A stretch of 64,000 bases of DNA from Octopus vulgaris (taxonomy: Eukaryota), in the NCBI GenBank assembly GCA_951406725.2, contig OX597816.1:105834001-105898000 (forward strand), written 5' to 3'. The notes beneath the pieces were generated by a model, which made no database searches, had not been told where the DNA came from, and worked only from the letters and a program-made list of their open reading frames with translations. This document shows positions 49,762 through 63,733 of the stretch, piece by piece; the first letter of the stretch is position 1, and every line of letters starts with the position of its first letter. Made by a program: the position numbers and the translations under genes.

Positions 49762-51840
49762 AAATGTGTGTGTGCTTGAGTGTGTGTATGTTTGCACCCT
49801 GCTATTCTTGACATTACATAATAGTTGTAAAATGGTTATCACTGTCATACAAGCAGTGCCATTCATTTCCAATATTCTGAGAGATCATGTCTCAATAAAT
49901 TCCATTCAACCCATGCAAGCATGGAACTTTGGATGTTAAAATGATGATGATGATGATGACGATGACAAAGACAACAATGATGATAATATATTGTTATTAT
50001 CATTAATAAAATACAAGCCAGTTTACTAACCAGTTTCATACAGAGGAGCCCCAACAATTTGAAAGTGTTACCTTTCAGACTCCAGTGACATGCCTTACTA
50101 TTCCTTTCAGCCTTTTCTGATGATTGTCAGGGTTATCTCAATCATTGTATGAAACTGATAGGTAAAGTGGCTGACAGGAGATGATATTGTATTTTATTAA
50201 CAATGTACTAACTCTATTAAACAATGTGTAAGTACTTATTTCTCTACATTGTAGATTTTCACACACATGCACGCAAAGAGGACAGGTTTCAGCATAGATT
50301 CCATCCGCCGAATTTCATATACAAGGTAGCAATCCATCTGAAGCTAGAATAGAAGACACTTGCCCATGATGTCACACAATGAATTGAAACTGGAATTCTG
50401 TGATTGTAAGTAACTTCTTAACTGTACAGTCCTGTTCTATATTATTTTCTTTTCTCTTTTGTTTTTTTTTTCACATGAAAAATGAATTTTGAAAATTCTA
50501 CAGATTCAGCAAGCAGAGAGATTTGTAATATCAAAAGTGGTAAACAATTGGCCATTGACAACATGTTCATGATTTCCAATTTTTGCTCCTTGTCATCATT
50601 CAACTTCTCAGTTTGTTTGGGCAAAAACAAGTATCAGTCCTACTTCATAGTTGAGTGCTTAATGGTAGGAAGAGCAAATATTTGCTCAGCACTTAAACCA
50701 TTTCACCTGTATTAACACTAAAGAAAATGGATGTAAAACAACAAAATATGTTAAGCCGGGGAGAATCCATATTATTGTTTGTTTGTATTTTGCTCCTTTT
50801 ACTTTCAACAGGAGATAGAATATTGTTAATAGTTAGAATGATTTAAATTATGAGTTTATAAGATGACTTCAGGTCTTTAAAAAATCAATTCAACTTTACG
50901 GTTTTCTTGAGAGTTGATTAAAAAAAAAGTTGGAATAGAGAGGAAGCAAAGTGAGGGGACAGAGAGAGAAGGAAAACAAGTATTGGATTATTGGTTTTAT
51001 ATAAATTGCTTTACTTAAAACTATTGTTACAGTACATCCAATATTTGTTGTCATATGGCATATATACCATTGCTTTTAATCCTTACAAGGACATTAATCC
51101 ATTCAGGTTGTTTGGTGTTTAGCTTTAGGTCAACTCCAAGTGGACAAACCCTGAGATCAAAAGCATTCCAGTCAGGACCATCCTGTCATTTTAGGAGTAC
51201 ATAAAGGGATACATTACCTAATAATGTGCTTTCTTTATTTAATGTAGAAAGATGAGATTTGAAGGAGAATTTGCAGCTACTTTTAGCAAACACATAGGGC
51301 CTCCCTTGTTATTTTGTTCATTTGAGTTTTCCCCTTTATTACTGATGAAAGAAATATTTTGTTTTTATATTAAAGACATTGCTCTAACCCAACTTTGGCA
51401 TAATGACCAAAATAAACTAAACACCTAAAAGTCTTACAGATTTTTCTTTTGGTCATATCTAGAGTTACATAGAGTAAAATATTATTTATGACAATCAACA
51501 AGAACATATCCTACATGGTGTAACATTAGTAACACATTCAGAAGACAGTGAGCTAGCAGAATTGTTAGCACACTGGACAAAATTGCTAGCATTTCTTCCG
51601 ACCCTTTTTGTTCTGAACTCAAATTCTACCGAGGTTGACTTTGCCTTTCATCTTTTCAGGGTCAATAAATGAAGTATCAGTCAAAGTAATGGGGTTGATA
51701 TAATTGACTAATCCATTTACCTCAAAATTGCTAGCCTACTGCCAAGATTAGAAAGAATCGTTAGTGTACTCAGAATGCTGTTGGTTAATTAAGTTTTCAA
51801 GAACTTGTTCAACATAGAAGTAAAATTAATCTACATTTAC

Positions 51841-52130
51841 AAAACCATTTAAATAATGCAGAATTATATTATACTTTGCTGTTGAAGTCATAATAATGTG
51901 TTTTTCTTCAACAGGTAATTATTTCTACTAAGTATTTTAATGCTCCTTACATTAAATATGTTAACACTATCTTAACTTTCTTCCTAATTAGTTAAGATAG
52001 TGTTAACGTATTTAATGCAGGGAACATAAAAATGCTAAATAGAAATAATTATCAGTTGAAAGAAAAACACAATATTATTATGACTTCATCAGTAAAGCAT
52101 GAAGTAATTCTGCATTATTTAAATAGTTTT
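51841..52130. repeat. Foldback element with ~137-bp imperfect inverted arms and a 12-nt loop
   Basis: aaaaccatttaaataatgcagaatta...gttaacactatcttaact [ttcttcctaatt] agttaagatagtgttaac...taattctgcattatttaaatagtttt. Confidence 0.88.
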
Positions 52131-52751
52131 ACCGGGCAAAACATAAATTAGTTAACATTTAATTGGTGTAATGAGTGACTTCAAAACTGTTTTAATTCAT
52201 AGCTTTGATGCATACAACAGAACAAAAGAATAGGATGTTTAAAAATTGAATGCATTTATCAATAAGGAAGGCACAAACTGAAAATTATAACTCTATGCAA
52301 TAAAACGTCAGTGAGGGCACTTCTTCATGGTTACTCATCTGGTTTGATATTGTAGTCAGATCTCCCTCAAATCATCGTGTATCGTTTTAAAGAACAATGC
52401 ATTCGATAGTGTAGATTTAGATATAGAAAAACAAAAATGGTCAGCTAAAATGTCTCTGATTATAGGTCTGCTGCATCAGGGCTGACTTGAGGTTAAACAG
52501 CAACTATATCCAAATGGATTTTTTTGAAAGAACATTAAAACTATTCTACTTTTCTCAGATACTACTAACTAATCATTTATATTCTGTTGTATTTTATATA
52601 AGACTTTGAATTTACCTTGCCCCACTTAATCAGACAGCATAGATAAGATCAAACAGAAAAAAGGTTATTTGTTGTGATGTCACAAGCTATAAGATATTGC
52701 AAAATTGACAAAATGTTAATATTAAAATTATAACAAAGAACTCACTCTCTT

Positions 52752-52817
<66 letters not shown>

Positions 52818-54051
52818 ACACACACACACACAAACATATGTTCTTTTTTCTTGATATATAATTTTAGAAGTGCAAGTATGAAGGAAAAGAAATAGTAAAA
52901 GAAACAGTGAGAAGAATTTTCATTTCCTTCATGGAAATAACATACTCCAGATAAAAATATTTTTAGAACAACAGAATATTAGCATAAACATCCCTTTTTG
53001 TTTGATAAGGTTCCTTTACAAACAATATTTATCAAGAAGCTGTTATTATCTTATTTCTATCCAATGAAGCTTCATTCTTTTTCAGCATGCAAGAAGATAA
53101 AATTTGTATTTGAGATTAATATCCACAACCATCAAATTAAGTCAACTTCTAAATCCCCTCAAAGAAATTCATTATTGGGTATTCCTTAAAATCAATAAAA
53201 TAGTTCTTGAAAAGAATGTGATAGAATGTATCTCAGTTATTTTTTTAGATAACCACTGTTATATGTTCACATTTATTATCTCATATTGCTCTGCCAACTG
53301 GAGAATCTATATTAGATTCCTTTTATAATAAAGTGGTTTTATTATAAAGGACATTTATCTACACATTTCATCATTTATTTAAAACTATATACACAGGTAG
53401 AGAGATGGATATCATTATCATCATCCTCATCATCACCACCATAAGTCATCATATGGATAGATATATGTGGAAAAGTGTATGTATACGCACACATGTCTAT
53501 GTGTATGCATGCACAAACAATACACACACACATAAAAACACATTATCATCACTATCAACATGATCGCTGTTTACACATACTTTTCTCGTGGTGGTATAGG
53601 CTGGACAAGACTTCATTGAGGCAGCATTCCACAGTCAGATGTCCTTCCTATCAGCAATTCTTACTCATTTCTGTGTAAGTTGTTTATTCCCTTGCTCTTT
53701 CACACAATGTACTGCATATTTTCACAGCAAGAACTACCACAGGTATCATCTAAATGGTAGCATTAAACAATAAAGAATGTCAAAACACAGTTGGGAGAAT
53801 GCAAACACAAGCACGAATATTCATGCACATATACACACAAACACACATACACAAAATGCATCAGACACTCCAATGTAGGGCTCTCTAAACTGTTTATGGC
53901 ATTTTATCCATTTCGTCCTAATTAAGAATATTTTTCTCCAAGGCAACTGGAGAATTTTACAAGATCAAATATCTTTCAAACTTATGTGAACTGAATTTAA
54001 ATTTGTATAATTTCTTTCACTGCTTTGCACATCTGCTCATGTGTGTGTGCA

Positions 54052-54106
<55 letters not shown>

Positions 54107-54141
54107 ATATATACACACATATATATAGATATAGATATTCA

Positions 54142-54365
54142 AGGCGAGCTGGCAGAAACGTTAGCACACCGGGCGAAATACTTAGCGGTATTTCGTCTGC
54201 CGCTACGTTCTGATTTCAAATTCCGCCATGGTCGACTTTACCTTTCATCCTTCGGGGTGGATAAATTAAGTACCAGTTACGCACTGGGGTTGATGTAATC
54301 GACTTAGTCCCTTTGTCATTGTTTGTTCCCTCTATGTTTAGCCCCTTGTGGGTAGTAAAAAAATA
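54142..54365 (+). mobile_element. tRNA-derived SINE family A, CpG-rich (young) copy
   Basis: ggcgagctggcagaaacgttagcacaccgggcgaaat...gttctgatttcaaattccgcc...gtcgactttacctttcatcc; A-rich tail. Confidence 0.8.
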
Positions 54366-54385
54366 AAAAAATAGATATAGATATA

Positions 54386-54986
54386 CAAAGGATGGGTCAA
54401 AAGTCATGCACAAAATAAGTTCAATACACCCACTGAATTGACAGACATGCTTCAATTTTTCTAAAAATAAATAAAATAATGATGAATACATATGTACTTG
54501 TCCAGGATGAACAAAATGAATAATAATGATAATAATTCTTTCTGCTGTAGGCACAAGGGCTGAAATTTTGTGGGAGAGGTCTAGTTGATTAGACTGGTAC
54601 TTAATTCATCAACCCCAAAGGGATAAGAGGCAAAGATGACCTCAGTAGAATTTGAACTCAGAATGTAGCGACAGGTGAAGTACTGCTATGCATTTTGTCC
54701 AGTATGCTAACAATTCTGCCAGCTCTCCACCTTAATAATAATAAGAATAATAATAATTTTGTTTTTGTATTTGGTTTGCAAGATTGTCTATGTGAATTCG
54801 TGTGTTTGAAGCATATATTATTGTGTCTAAAAATGATTATTGAAAATTGTAAATGAATGAAAATCAGACTGGTGAGTGTGTTAAGGCACTAAAAGAGAAT
54901 GACTCTCCCCAGACACAATAAAATAATAATAATGTAACATAACTGAAATGTCAAATGTTTTGGTGCATGACTTTTGGCCCACCCTG
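54386..54986. mobile_element. Tc1/mariner-type MITE with nested insertions
   Basis: TA-flanked TIRs caaaggatgggtcaaaagtcatgcac / gtgcatgacttttggcccaccctg; SINE-A (minus, ~54535-54733) and a second insert lie inside an (AAT)n. Confidence 0.7.
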
Positions 54987-55686
54987 TATTTATGTGTATA
55001 CATACACACACAAAGCAAAAATGAACACAGTAGCTAGTGGCATGAATTCGCATAGCAAAGGATGGCACACTAAATACTATACAAAATAAATTCTTAACTT
55101 TGCTTCAAGAGAAAGTAAACAAGTGTTTTACAGCAACTCTAACCAGCTTGGGAGATAAACTCAAGCAATCAGCATTTCTCTGTCAATAATATGCCATTAT
55201 GGAAAAGGCAGTATGTTCTTTTTGGAGACAAAAGAAGAGCTGTGAACACAATTTTCTGCTTCAAAAGACTCTGAAGCACAGCATTACTCTGCGTACACAT
55301 ATATATTATCCTCATCATCATTTTCATTTCACATACACTTTTCCATGTTGCATAGGTCAGACAGAATTTGTGGAAGTAGATATTTCTACAACCAGAAGCC
55401 CTTCGTGTGCCTGTTCTCACCAGTTTCCATGTAAAGTAATATTTCCCATGCCATGGGAGAATGGAAATGAAAAGCATCACTCACATGACAGTGAAGCTCA
55501 TTCACAACCATCACATGATGTCAGAAGAAGGGCACACACACACACACATATACAACAAGCTTTTTTCAGTTTCTGTTTAGAAAATCCACTCAAGGCTTCA
55601 GTTAGCCTGGACTCTGGTGGGAGACACTTGTCCAAGGTACCAGTAACCACATGTTTGGGAAACAAGCTTCTTAACCACACTGCCAT

Positions 55687-55747
<61 letters not shown>

Positions 55748-56787
55748 CTTTTATATATATAAGCAAAGGTATGGTAGGTGCAAGCACTGCTGAGTGGTTA
55801 AGGAGTTTACTTTCCAACCATGTAGTTTTGTGTTCTGTCTCAGTGCAAACCATATTAGGCAAGTATCTTTTACTAGAGCACATAATGGAAATAGACACAA
55901 ACTCACAAGCTTCTTTCAGTTTCTGTCTACCAGTTTTACTCACACAGTATTAGTCAGCCCATGTTTATTGTATATGACATCAGCTGAAAACATTCATGCA
56001 GTGGAACTGAAACCCCAACTATGTTGTTCTGAAATCAAATTTATAAGCTTCTTCCAGTCCTTCTCTACCAAATTCGCTGATGCTGGGGGAAGAGGAGATG
56101 AGACAAAGGAGGAGGAGGGGGATGAGGAGGTATCTTTAATGCATACTAATATAACATTTCACAAGTTTAATTAAAGTAATAAATTAATTTCCCATCAGAA
56201 ACTTGGAAACTACTATTTGATAAATATCACTTTAACACATGAAAACAAATACATCAGCAACAAAGATCACAACACTCACTTTTATAGTCATTAATATGAC
56301 TTATACATTAATGAATTTTACTTTAAACCATATAGGTTTCAAGTAAATATATTATAACGAATTTAGTTAAATCTTCTTGTGATTCAAATGGGATTTGACT
56401 GTTATTTTTAGCAGGGTGATTAACCATGTAGAAACTTATCATTTAGGACAAGGAATGCACAGATAACATTTTTCTGGAGTTTACAGAAATAATTAATTGC
56501 ACAATATTTAAGTTCTTAACAGTTTTGTACAATTGTAATGAAAAGCATTCCATTCTTGATCATCTTGTCTTTTCGTCAGGCATGTGCATGCTGGTCATAC
56601 AGTCCAATGTGCTTCTCTTTTCTAACAAAGTAGTGTGATTCAAGAGAGATTTGGCTGCTATTTTTATCAGGGTCATTAGCTATGTAAAAACTTTCAATAG
56701 TAAAGTAAGTGGCAATTGTTGTCATTCCTGAGAAAAGGCACATCAGTTATGACAATAATGTCCTGTTTTTTTTGGGGTTTTTTTTTA

Positions 56788-57095
56788 CATAGGAAAACAG
56801 GCAAATTACTAATCCCTTCAGGGAGATAACCCTGTTCAAAAAGGTGTAGATAGAAATTCCACACAGTGTACCCAGTGTAAGCTATGGTCACATAAGAGGT
56901 GCAGCAGCATCACAGGAAGGTTAACAGAGAAAGTAGTCTTTATGTATGGCAGGTGTGCAGATACTATAAACACTAAAGAGTCTAGACTTCTTCAAATGTC
57001 CAAATGGATCTTTAGAATTAGTAGATAGTTTCTGTTACCTATCCAACCAAGTTAACAGTGAACAAGGATGCTCTGAAAACAGTTATAAAATAAGG
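56788..57095 (+). mobile_element. Internal RTE LINE fragment spanning the PHD finger, older subfamily
   Basis: Reads RKTGKLLIPSGR*PCS/KGVDRNSTQCTQCKLWSHKRCSSITGRLTEKVVFMYGRCADTINT...LELVDSFCYLSNQV, collinear with the 38220-40973 protein. Confidence 0.85.
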
Positions 57096-57124
57096 ATGTT
57101 GGAGCCAAGACCATTTTATCTTCT

Positions 57125-57163
57125 TAGAACTATATTTTTAGAACTATATTTTTAGAACTATAT
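57125..57163 (+). repeat. 14-bp tandem repeat, 3 copies
   Basis: tagaactatatttt repeated. Confidence 0.9.
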
Positions 57164-57445
57164 TAGCAAATGGATACTTGCTTTTTTTAAAGATGAAACA
57201 ATGTGATCTGAAAATAAATTACTCAATCTTGAGATTAAGTGAGTTCATTCCTCACTGGCTCAGGTAAATATGATGTGTAATAGCAATACTAATCAGAATA
57301 TACAGTTGAATAAAGGGTAAAGAGATTGATGTGCTTTATAACAAGAATCCCCCATCTGAAATGTTCAGAAGTGATGGAAATACTCAGGTAGAAGACTTGA
57401 AAGTTATACAGTGAGATGTGGGGTACTGAAATCAGTAGTGATGGA

Positions 57446-58010
57446 AGACACCAGGACCAGAAGCAATGGAGGAAGTGACATCACATACAAAAGCAAGTGA
57501 TCTGATTTGCCTCTTCCTTTGTCGGGCATCCACAGTGAGTGATGGTTATGTGGAGCAAGTTCAGTGGGACAGAAGATTCTGGTCAAACATTGGGTAGTGA
57601 AAGCATAACAGGTTTGTGCAGCAAGTTGTTCCACTCATACTGAAGAGTAGTTTTCCTCTCTGAAGCAGATTGCTATATGCCAAGACTGGTCACACCAGCA
57701 GCATAACACTTCAGATTTTGGCTCCTTACAATCTCTGATCATGTGCAGACTCTGACAGCAGGAACACAGCCCTTTGAATGTCCTTGTTGACTCCCCTGCT
57801 GCTCTCCAGTTTTTGCTGTTTGCTGCCTACCTCTTCATTCTACTAGGCTCTGCCATCACCATTTTTGCAATTTTACATGTCATTCTGCATCAATATCCAC
57901 ATGTCATCAACCAAGTTGCCAACCGTTATTGTGACAAAGGAAGAGGCAGATTGAATCACTTACTTTTTAACATGATCTCATTTCCTCCTCTGTTTCCAGT
58001 CCAGATGTCT
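57446..58010. repeat. 78-bp inverted repeats (57446-57523 / 57933-58010) flanking ~410 bp
   Basis: gatttgcctcttcctttgtc pairs with gacaaaggaagaggcagat; ungapped, about 77% identical by hand count. Confidence 0.8.
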
Positions 58011-61000
58011 CAAGAGTAGTAGTTAAATTAATTATTTGGTTAATTCTAAAACTATTCGCCACGATAAGACAGGTCACAGTTCCAGTATCTGAAATCTCAT
58101 TAAACAAACAATATCTACTTCATAAATGTATTACATTCATTCTAAGTGAATGACTCCAATCTGATCAACAAGTAACTCCCAAATGATATGAGAAAATGTC
58201 AAGAAAATTAAAAAAGTAGAAAATATGACAAAGTTGGCAAGACTAAAACGAAGTTAAATAAATAGCATACTAAAAATTAAAAAATTATTAAATAAATCAG
58301 TTACAGTTTGGCCAGACAAACTTGAATAGCAGTGATTTTCTCTCAGGCAAGGATTAAATTAGTTATCAGAAAATATTACTGAATGAAATCCATACTGGAA
58401 AGCAGATGAATTTACAGTTGTCTCTTGTACAAATTAGCAAGCACTAATATAAACATCATTAACTGCTGTAATTTAAAACTCTTGGTCTAATAACATAGCC
58501 ACTAGGGTGAGACCATATGACAAAATCAAAAATGTTAGAGCAAAAACACACTAAATATAGAAACATGGTAGTCAACTGATCAGATGGGCATGAGTTCAAA
58601 TCATTTATCACATCATAACTAAGCACATAATTGCTTGCTCCAGTTTACCTGACTGGTAAACAGATTTTACTCCATACTTTACATTTACCCTAGTAGAAAA
58701 TGCATCCAACTATAAAATATACTGCTTCAACAAAAATCACCTCAAATATGTAAGCACAGAAAAAAAAAAGAATCTAAAGTACCAAATGTTTGCAGTTTTA
58801 AGCAATCTACTTGTGAAATGAGGTAACTTTTTTGCTTATATTATACCCTTATTAAAATTCCATTAAACTGAAATAAATTGGATTCCCACCACAGATCAGA
58901 AAATCTCAACAGGAATTGTTAATACTGATTTCTAATTTGCACAATGTCAAAAAATGAATATGGAAGGAGTTCAATTAGATGAATTGACTCCTTTACATTA
59001 TTGACACTTATTTTATCAAACCCAGAAAGATGAAAGGTAAAGTTAACCCAAGCAAGATTTGAACTAATAATTTCAAATGATATAATTAATTACTACCAGC
59101 TTTTAGAAAATGTTCATATTACAAAATGAAAACTGAAAATGAAGCAGTGACATAGTTAACAGGGGAGCAAGGAGTGCAACAGCTTCCCACAAGCACATTT
59201 TTCAAAATTAGCACCTTTCCAATAAATTTTTCATATATGACATTGTGACATTGTTACTGAAACATGAAATTAATGAATGTAGAATACAATTACGTATATT
59301 ATAACTAATGAAATGTTTTGCATAATATAAGGGAAATGAATTAAAAATTGCTTGATATGTGTCACTGTACCTTTTTTTAATGCGCTTGCTGCCACTAACT
59401 TTAGAACCTGGTTATACTTCTGGGTGGGACTGGCAATGAAAGAAGGGGTGCTATTGTCTTTTTGTCACTTAGTCATTAGAATTTGATTTCAGTAAAATGA
59501 ATCCTCATAATCAAATTTGATTTTCAGTTCAACAGCATTCTACCACCAAAACGTGGGTTGCATGTGTACTCTGAAGAGACTGAACAACAAATGACAGTAC
59601 TGCCTGACCCAGAAGTAAAATGCTGCCGCATTAAGATATCAAAAAAAGGGTCATAGTTCTAATAAGAAAGTCATTCTTCAAGAAGCAGACAAACTCAGAG
59701 AAAAAAAGTGTACAATGTTGGGAATTCTACAAAGGTTTAAGGTGAACATCAACTACATCAGTCTTACCAGTTTGGGATGATATGCAAAGATCATAGGCTC
59801 AGCCTTGTCTCCTCTTACAAAGATATCAAGTCAAGATCCTTTAGCATAGAAATTGGCTCATTCAGTTGACAACTGTTACCAAGTAAGTTAACAATTGCTT
59901 AAGTTACTCTTTAGTTTTAATATTATGGATGAGTACCACAACTGCAGAGAAAATTTACTTGGTAGAGACCATAATCTTTTTTTATAACTATACCCATGGA
60001 AATAGTTGAATACAGCAAAGTAAGCTAACAAAATGCTGGTCATCTTCGCACAGATAAGAATAGTTACGGTAATAGTTGTAATAACAGGGGTCATAGTGGT
60101 TTATGAGTAACCCTGTAAATAAAATTAATGCCTTAAAGGTAATTATAAGAAATGATTTGCCTATAATCCAGGAAGAAGTGTATATAATGAAGACTTGTTT
60201 AAACAAGGCCACATATATATAGTAGAGGGCTATAGTCAATTGGATTACCTATTATTGTGCTTATTTTATGGATCTTCTACATATATAAAAGGGAAAGATA
60301 ACAGGAAAATTTTTAATTCACATTATAAAATGGCATAACTAAATAGCACAAGATATTCAGTCCAGTCCCTGCCACTCCACTATTATTACTATAGGAATGT
60401 ACTCAATAACAACAATGATAATATCAAGGTTCTTGTATCAAACTTGTATAACTTCTATTGTATGGATTTATTAAGAATGAGTTGAAAAGATACTCAAAGC
60501 AAGCTTGTTCAGGAAATTACAAACCATAGGAAATATCAATCCAAACAAACATTCTGTGAATTTCTAATCTGTCATAATTTTGTTCAACCATACAAATTAC
60601 TCATCCTGTTCTAAAGCATGGCAAAGTAAGGATGATATTGAATGCAGTTTGTTATTTGGCTATATAAAAGGAGGCGGCAGCAACGGTGATGACGACAGAA
60701 AAGACTATTATTACAAAGGCAATAACAAATAACTTTTCTTCTATGATAATGATGACAAAGTTAGAAAGACAACGATGAAGCTAATGATGGCAAAGTTAGT
60801 GCCATCATAGTTAATATCATAAGAAAATAAATTATAATAGATAAAATTATGCGATGAAGAGAAGATAACATTAATATTAATTTCATCTGATCTTAGCAAG
60901 TAAAGGCAACAACTCAGGACATGTTTCAATCTTATTAGACCCTTTTAGTGAAGCACGGCTTCTAGGTATTCCCTAGTCTAGTAATAAAAGAATTACCATA

Positions 61001-62078
61001 TTATACAACAATATATTACATATGTAGGCATCAAAATGTATTATAACTGAAGGGAATTACTCAGGAGCACCAACTGCATGGAAAATAGCAGTGAAGTTAA
61101 AGCTATCCTAATATATGTAGTAAAGAGGGGAAAAATTGAATTAATAATACTTGCATGGTGAAGACAAGAAAAGGTAATGTCTATAGAGGTGGTGGTGGCA
61201 ACAAGAGTGGTCATTATCTTGGTGATGGTGGTAGTGGTGGTATCAAGTGAGACAGTATAACACAGAAATAAGTGCTTGTTACACAGGAATAAAGGGAAGG
61301 GTATATGGAAAATGGTATTTACATCTCCAAAGAATTTAATAATGTAAGAGATAGTGATACAGTTACATCTAAGATGTGAAATTGAAAAGACGTCAGTTGA
61401 CAACAGGCTTAACCTTCCCAGATAATCAGCTCTCTGTTTTTCACAGCTAAATGAACTAAGATAATATAGAATATCTTCTGCTCATAATCAAAGAATAACA
61501 CCTGGAGGAGATTTGAACTTACAAACTATGAACTACATAGTTCAAAATTAATTAGTATCTGATCTAATTATCTATCATATTAGATGTCAAACAACTCAAA
61601 CCAGTTTCTTGGTAATTTTGTCCTGAATACTATTGTACCTTATAATTACATCTTCACTTGAATCATCTCACATTGTTAAATTATTACTATATATGATGCA
61701 GAAGACGTACAGATGAAATATTTTGATTTTACTTTATTTCTTGAATAAATCTCTGAGAATGTTTAACAAAGTTCTCCCTAAAAATCCTTAAAAATCAGTC
61801 TTTTTGTTGTTCATGTTTAACCCTATGTCAGCCATAATTTAACTCATAACTATCCCATTTAATCTTTTTTTCATTTTCTAGGCAGGATGCATTTAATACC
61901 ACACAATCCAATGTGTCCTTACTCTTTCAAGATGATAGGTTATGGAAGATTTGGCTGCCATTTCAAGCAGACTGATCAACCAGCTAAATGCTTCCTCTAT
62001 CTGGTTCATACCAGTCTCATTCTAACAATATGATTAATTTTTCTCAAGCCTCAGTCAACTCAGAAAAGCAATGATTCA

Positions 62079-62190
62079 TCATGGATCAATTGCAATCAAA
62101 TCACTACAGTCAGGATGTGTGCTAAATAATGTAAGTATTCTTGGTGAGTCATCCAGCAACACAACTTGTAGTGGTGGTGTATTTTGTTTA
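62079..62190 (-). other. Candidate terminal coding exon
   Basis: Strong acceptor ttttctttctttttccatttatcag followed by KQNTPPLQVVLLDDSPRILTLFSTHPDCSDLIAIDP*; no homology recognised. Confidence 0.25.
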
Positions 62191-62547
62191 CTGATAAATG
62201 GAAAAAGAAAGAAAAAAATCAGCAAAGTATCATTAAAGTATGGTGAAAGAAATGTTAAAATTTCTATAAAAAACATAAAACAGAAAATTATATCTGGCAG
62301 CAAGGGATTATATTTAATAGGGTTCTTATCTTCATAGATCCAAGTATTATCAACATTAGCTTTGTAGCTACTGTTGAAATTATTGCTATTCACTTGGTTA
62401 TTACTCACACTTTCACTACTATTCATGCTATTATTATTCCTGTCACAGACAACTGCCACAAAATTACTAATTTATCTACTTTGTAGCTCCTAACAATATC
62501 CTCTTCTCTACAATTTATAAATTACTTGAATTACTTTGTTACCATAA

Positions 62548-62740
62548 GTAGTTGTTGTTCTTGTCTAAATCCAGGTCACCCCTGATGGAGCAGACAATCA
62601 AAAGCATTCCAACTTTGTCTATCCAGTCTTTTAAGAGGTCTTTTAACACCATTTTTTTCAAGGTGGTGTTATTTAAGGTATATTTGGCTGCTGATTCTAG
62701 CAGAATGAGTGTCAACTTGGAGGTTTTCTTTGTGGCTTGT
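62548..62740 (+). repeat. Dispersed repeat family D (SINE-like)
   Basis: ccaggtcaccctgat...caaaagcattcca...gatttggctgct.tt.tagcag recurs at ~9250, 20890, 47550, 51110, 52340, 56530 and 61810. Confidence 0.6.
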
Positions 62741-63701
62741 AACATGAATAAGGATTATATGTCTTTTATATCCTTCTCTTTCTTAAGGTGGTAGTTAGTC
62801 AAAGTACATTTGACAGCTGATTCTAACAGAACAAGCAACCATGTTGAGGCTTTCTCATAGGCTTCTACATGATTATTGACAACCCCTTGATCCCCAGCGT
62901 TTTGTTAATGTGCAATGTGAACTGTAAGTCCTTGTCAAAATTAATATGCAATTCCAGAAACTATCAGTAGAGTCAACTCTGTGAACTTTGTTAGTTAATT
63001 AACTAATATGACTCATTATCAGTAGCCAGAGGAAAATAGCCTGACTAACTTTCCCTACACACACACACATACACCTGTACAGGCACAATCATACATCAAC
63101 ACATACAAAACAGATGTCCATGCAAATAAACACACGTACACATAAATACTGCAAACACACATATACACGCACAAACACACATAAATTCACATAAACATAC
63201 ACACACATGTGAAGGGATTCATACTTATATTTCCTTCACCAGCTTAGATAATTTAGTTATAACTAGTTGGATATCTGTTGTCCAAAAGCCAATTAAAATA
63301 TATTATTTTATCTATCAGTGTGTCCATTAAATGAGATGTCAAATCGCTGACTTAATACAAGGCAATTTACTTCTTACTAAGTCACCAGTTCCAGCAGAAA
63401 ATTTACAGCCACATATTTACTTCACTAATATATTATCCTTTTATTCTTCTGGTGGTTTCAGTCATTGGATTGATGTCAGGCTGAAGCGCCTTCTTCAAAA
63501 GATTTTGCCGATTATACTGACCCCAGTACTTTCTCTGAAAATTGACTCGTCAACCTCGCAAAAGGATGAAAGGTAAAAATCAATCAAGCACAAAGAGTTG
63601 TAGTTGAGATAGATTAAAACTCCACAAGGTATCTTTGACGTCAGTAATTTTACTATACCATACCAATTTATATACACACACATATATATATGTATATATA
63701 A

Positions 63702-63733
<32 letters not shown>

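Noticed and set aside
55199-55762. 187-aa ORF
   Set aside because: Composed of repeat remnants, SINE-B and microsatellite; no domain signal.
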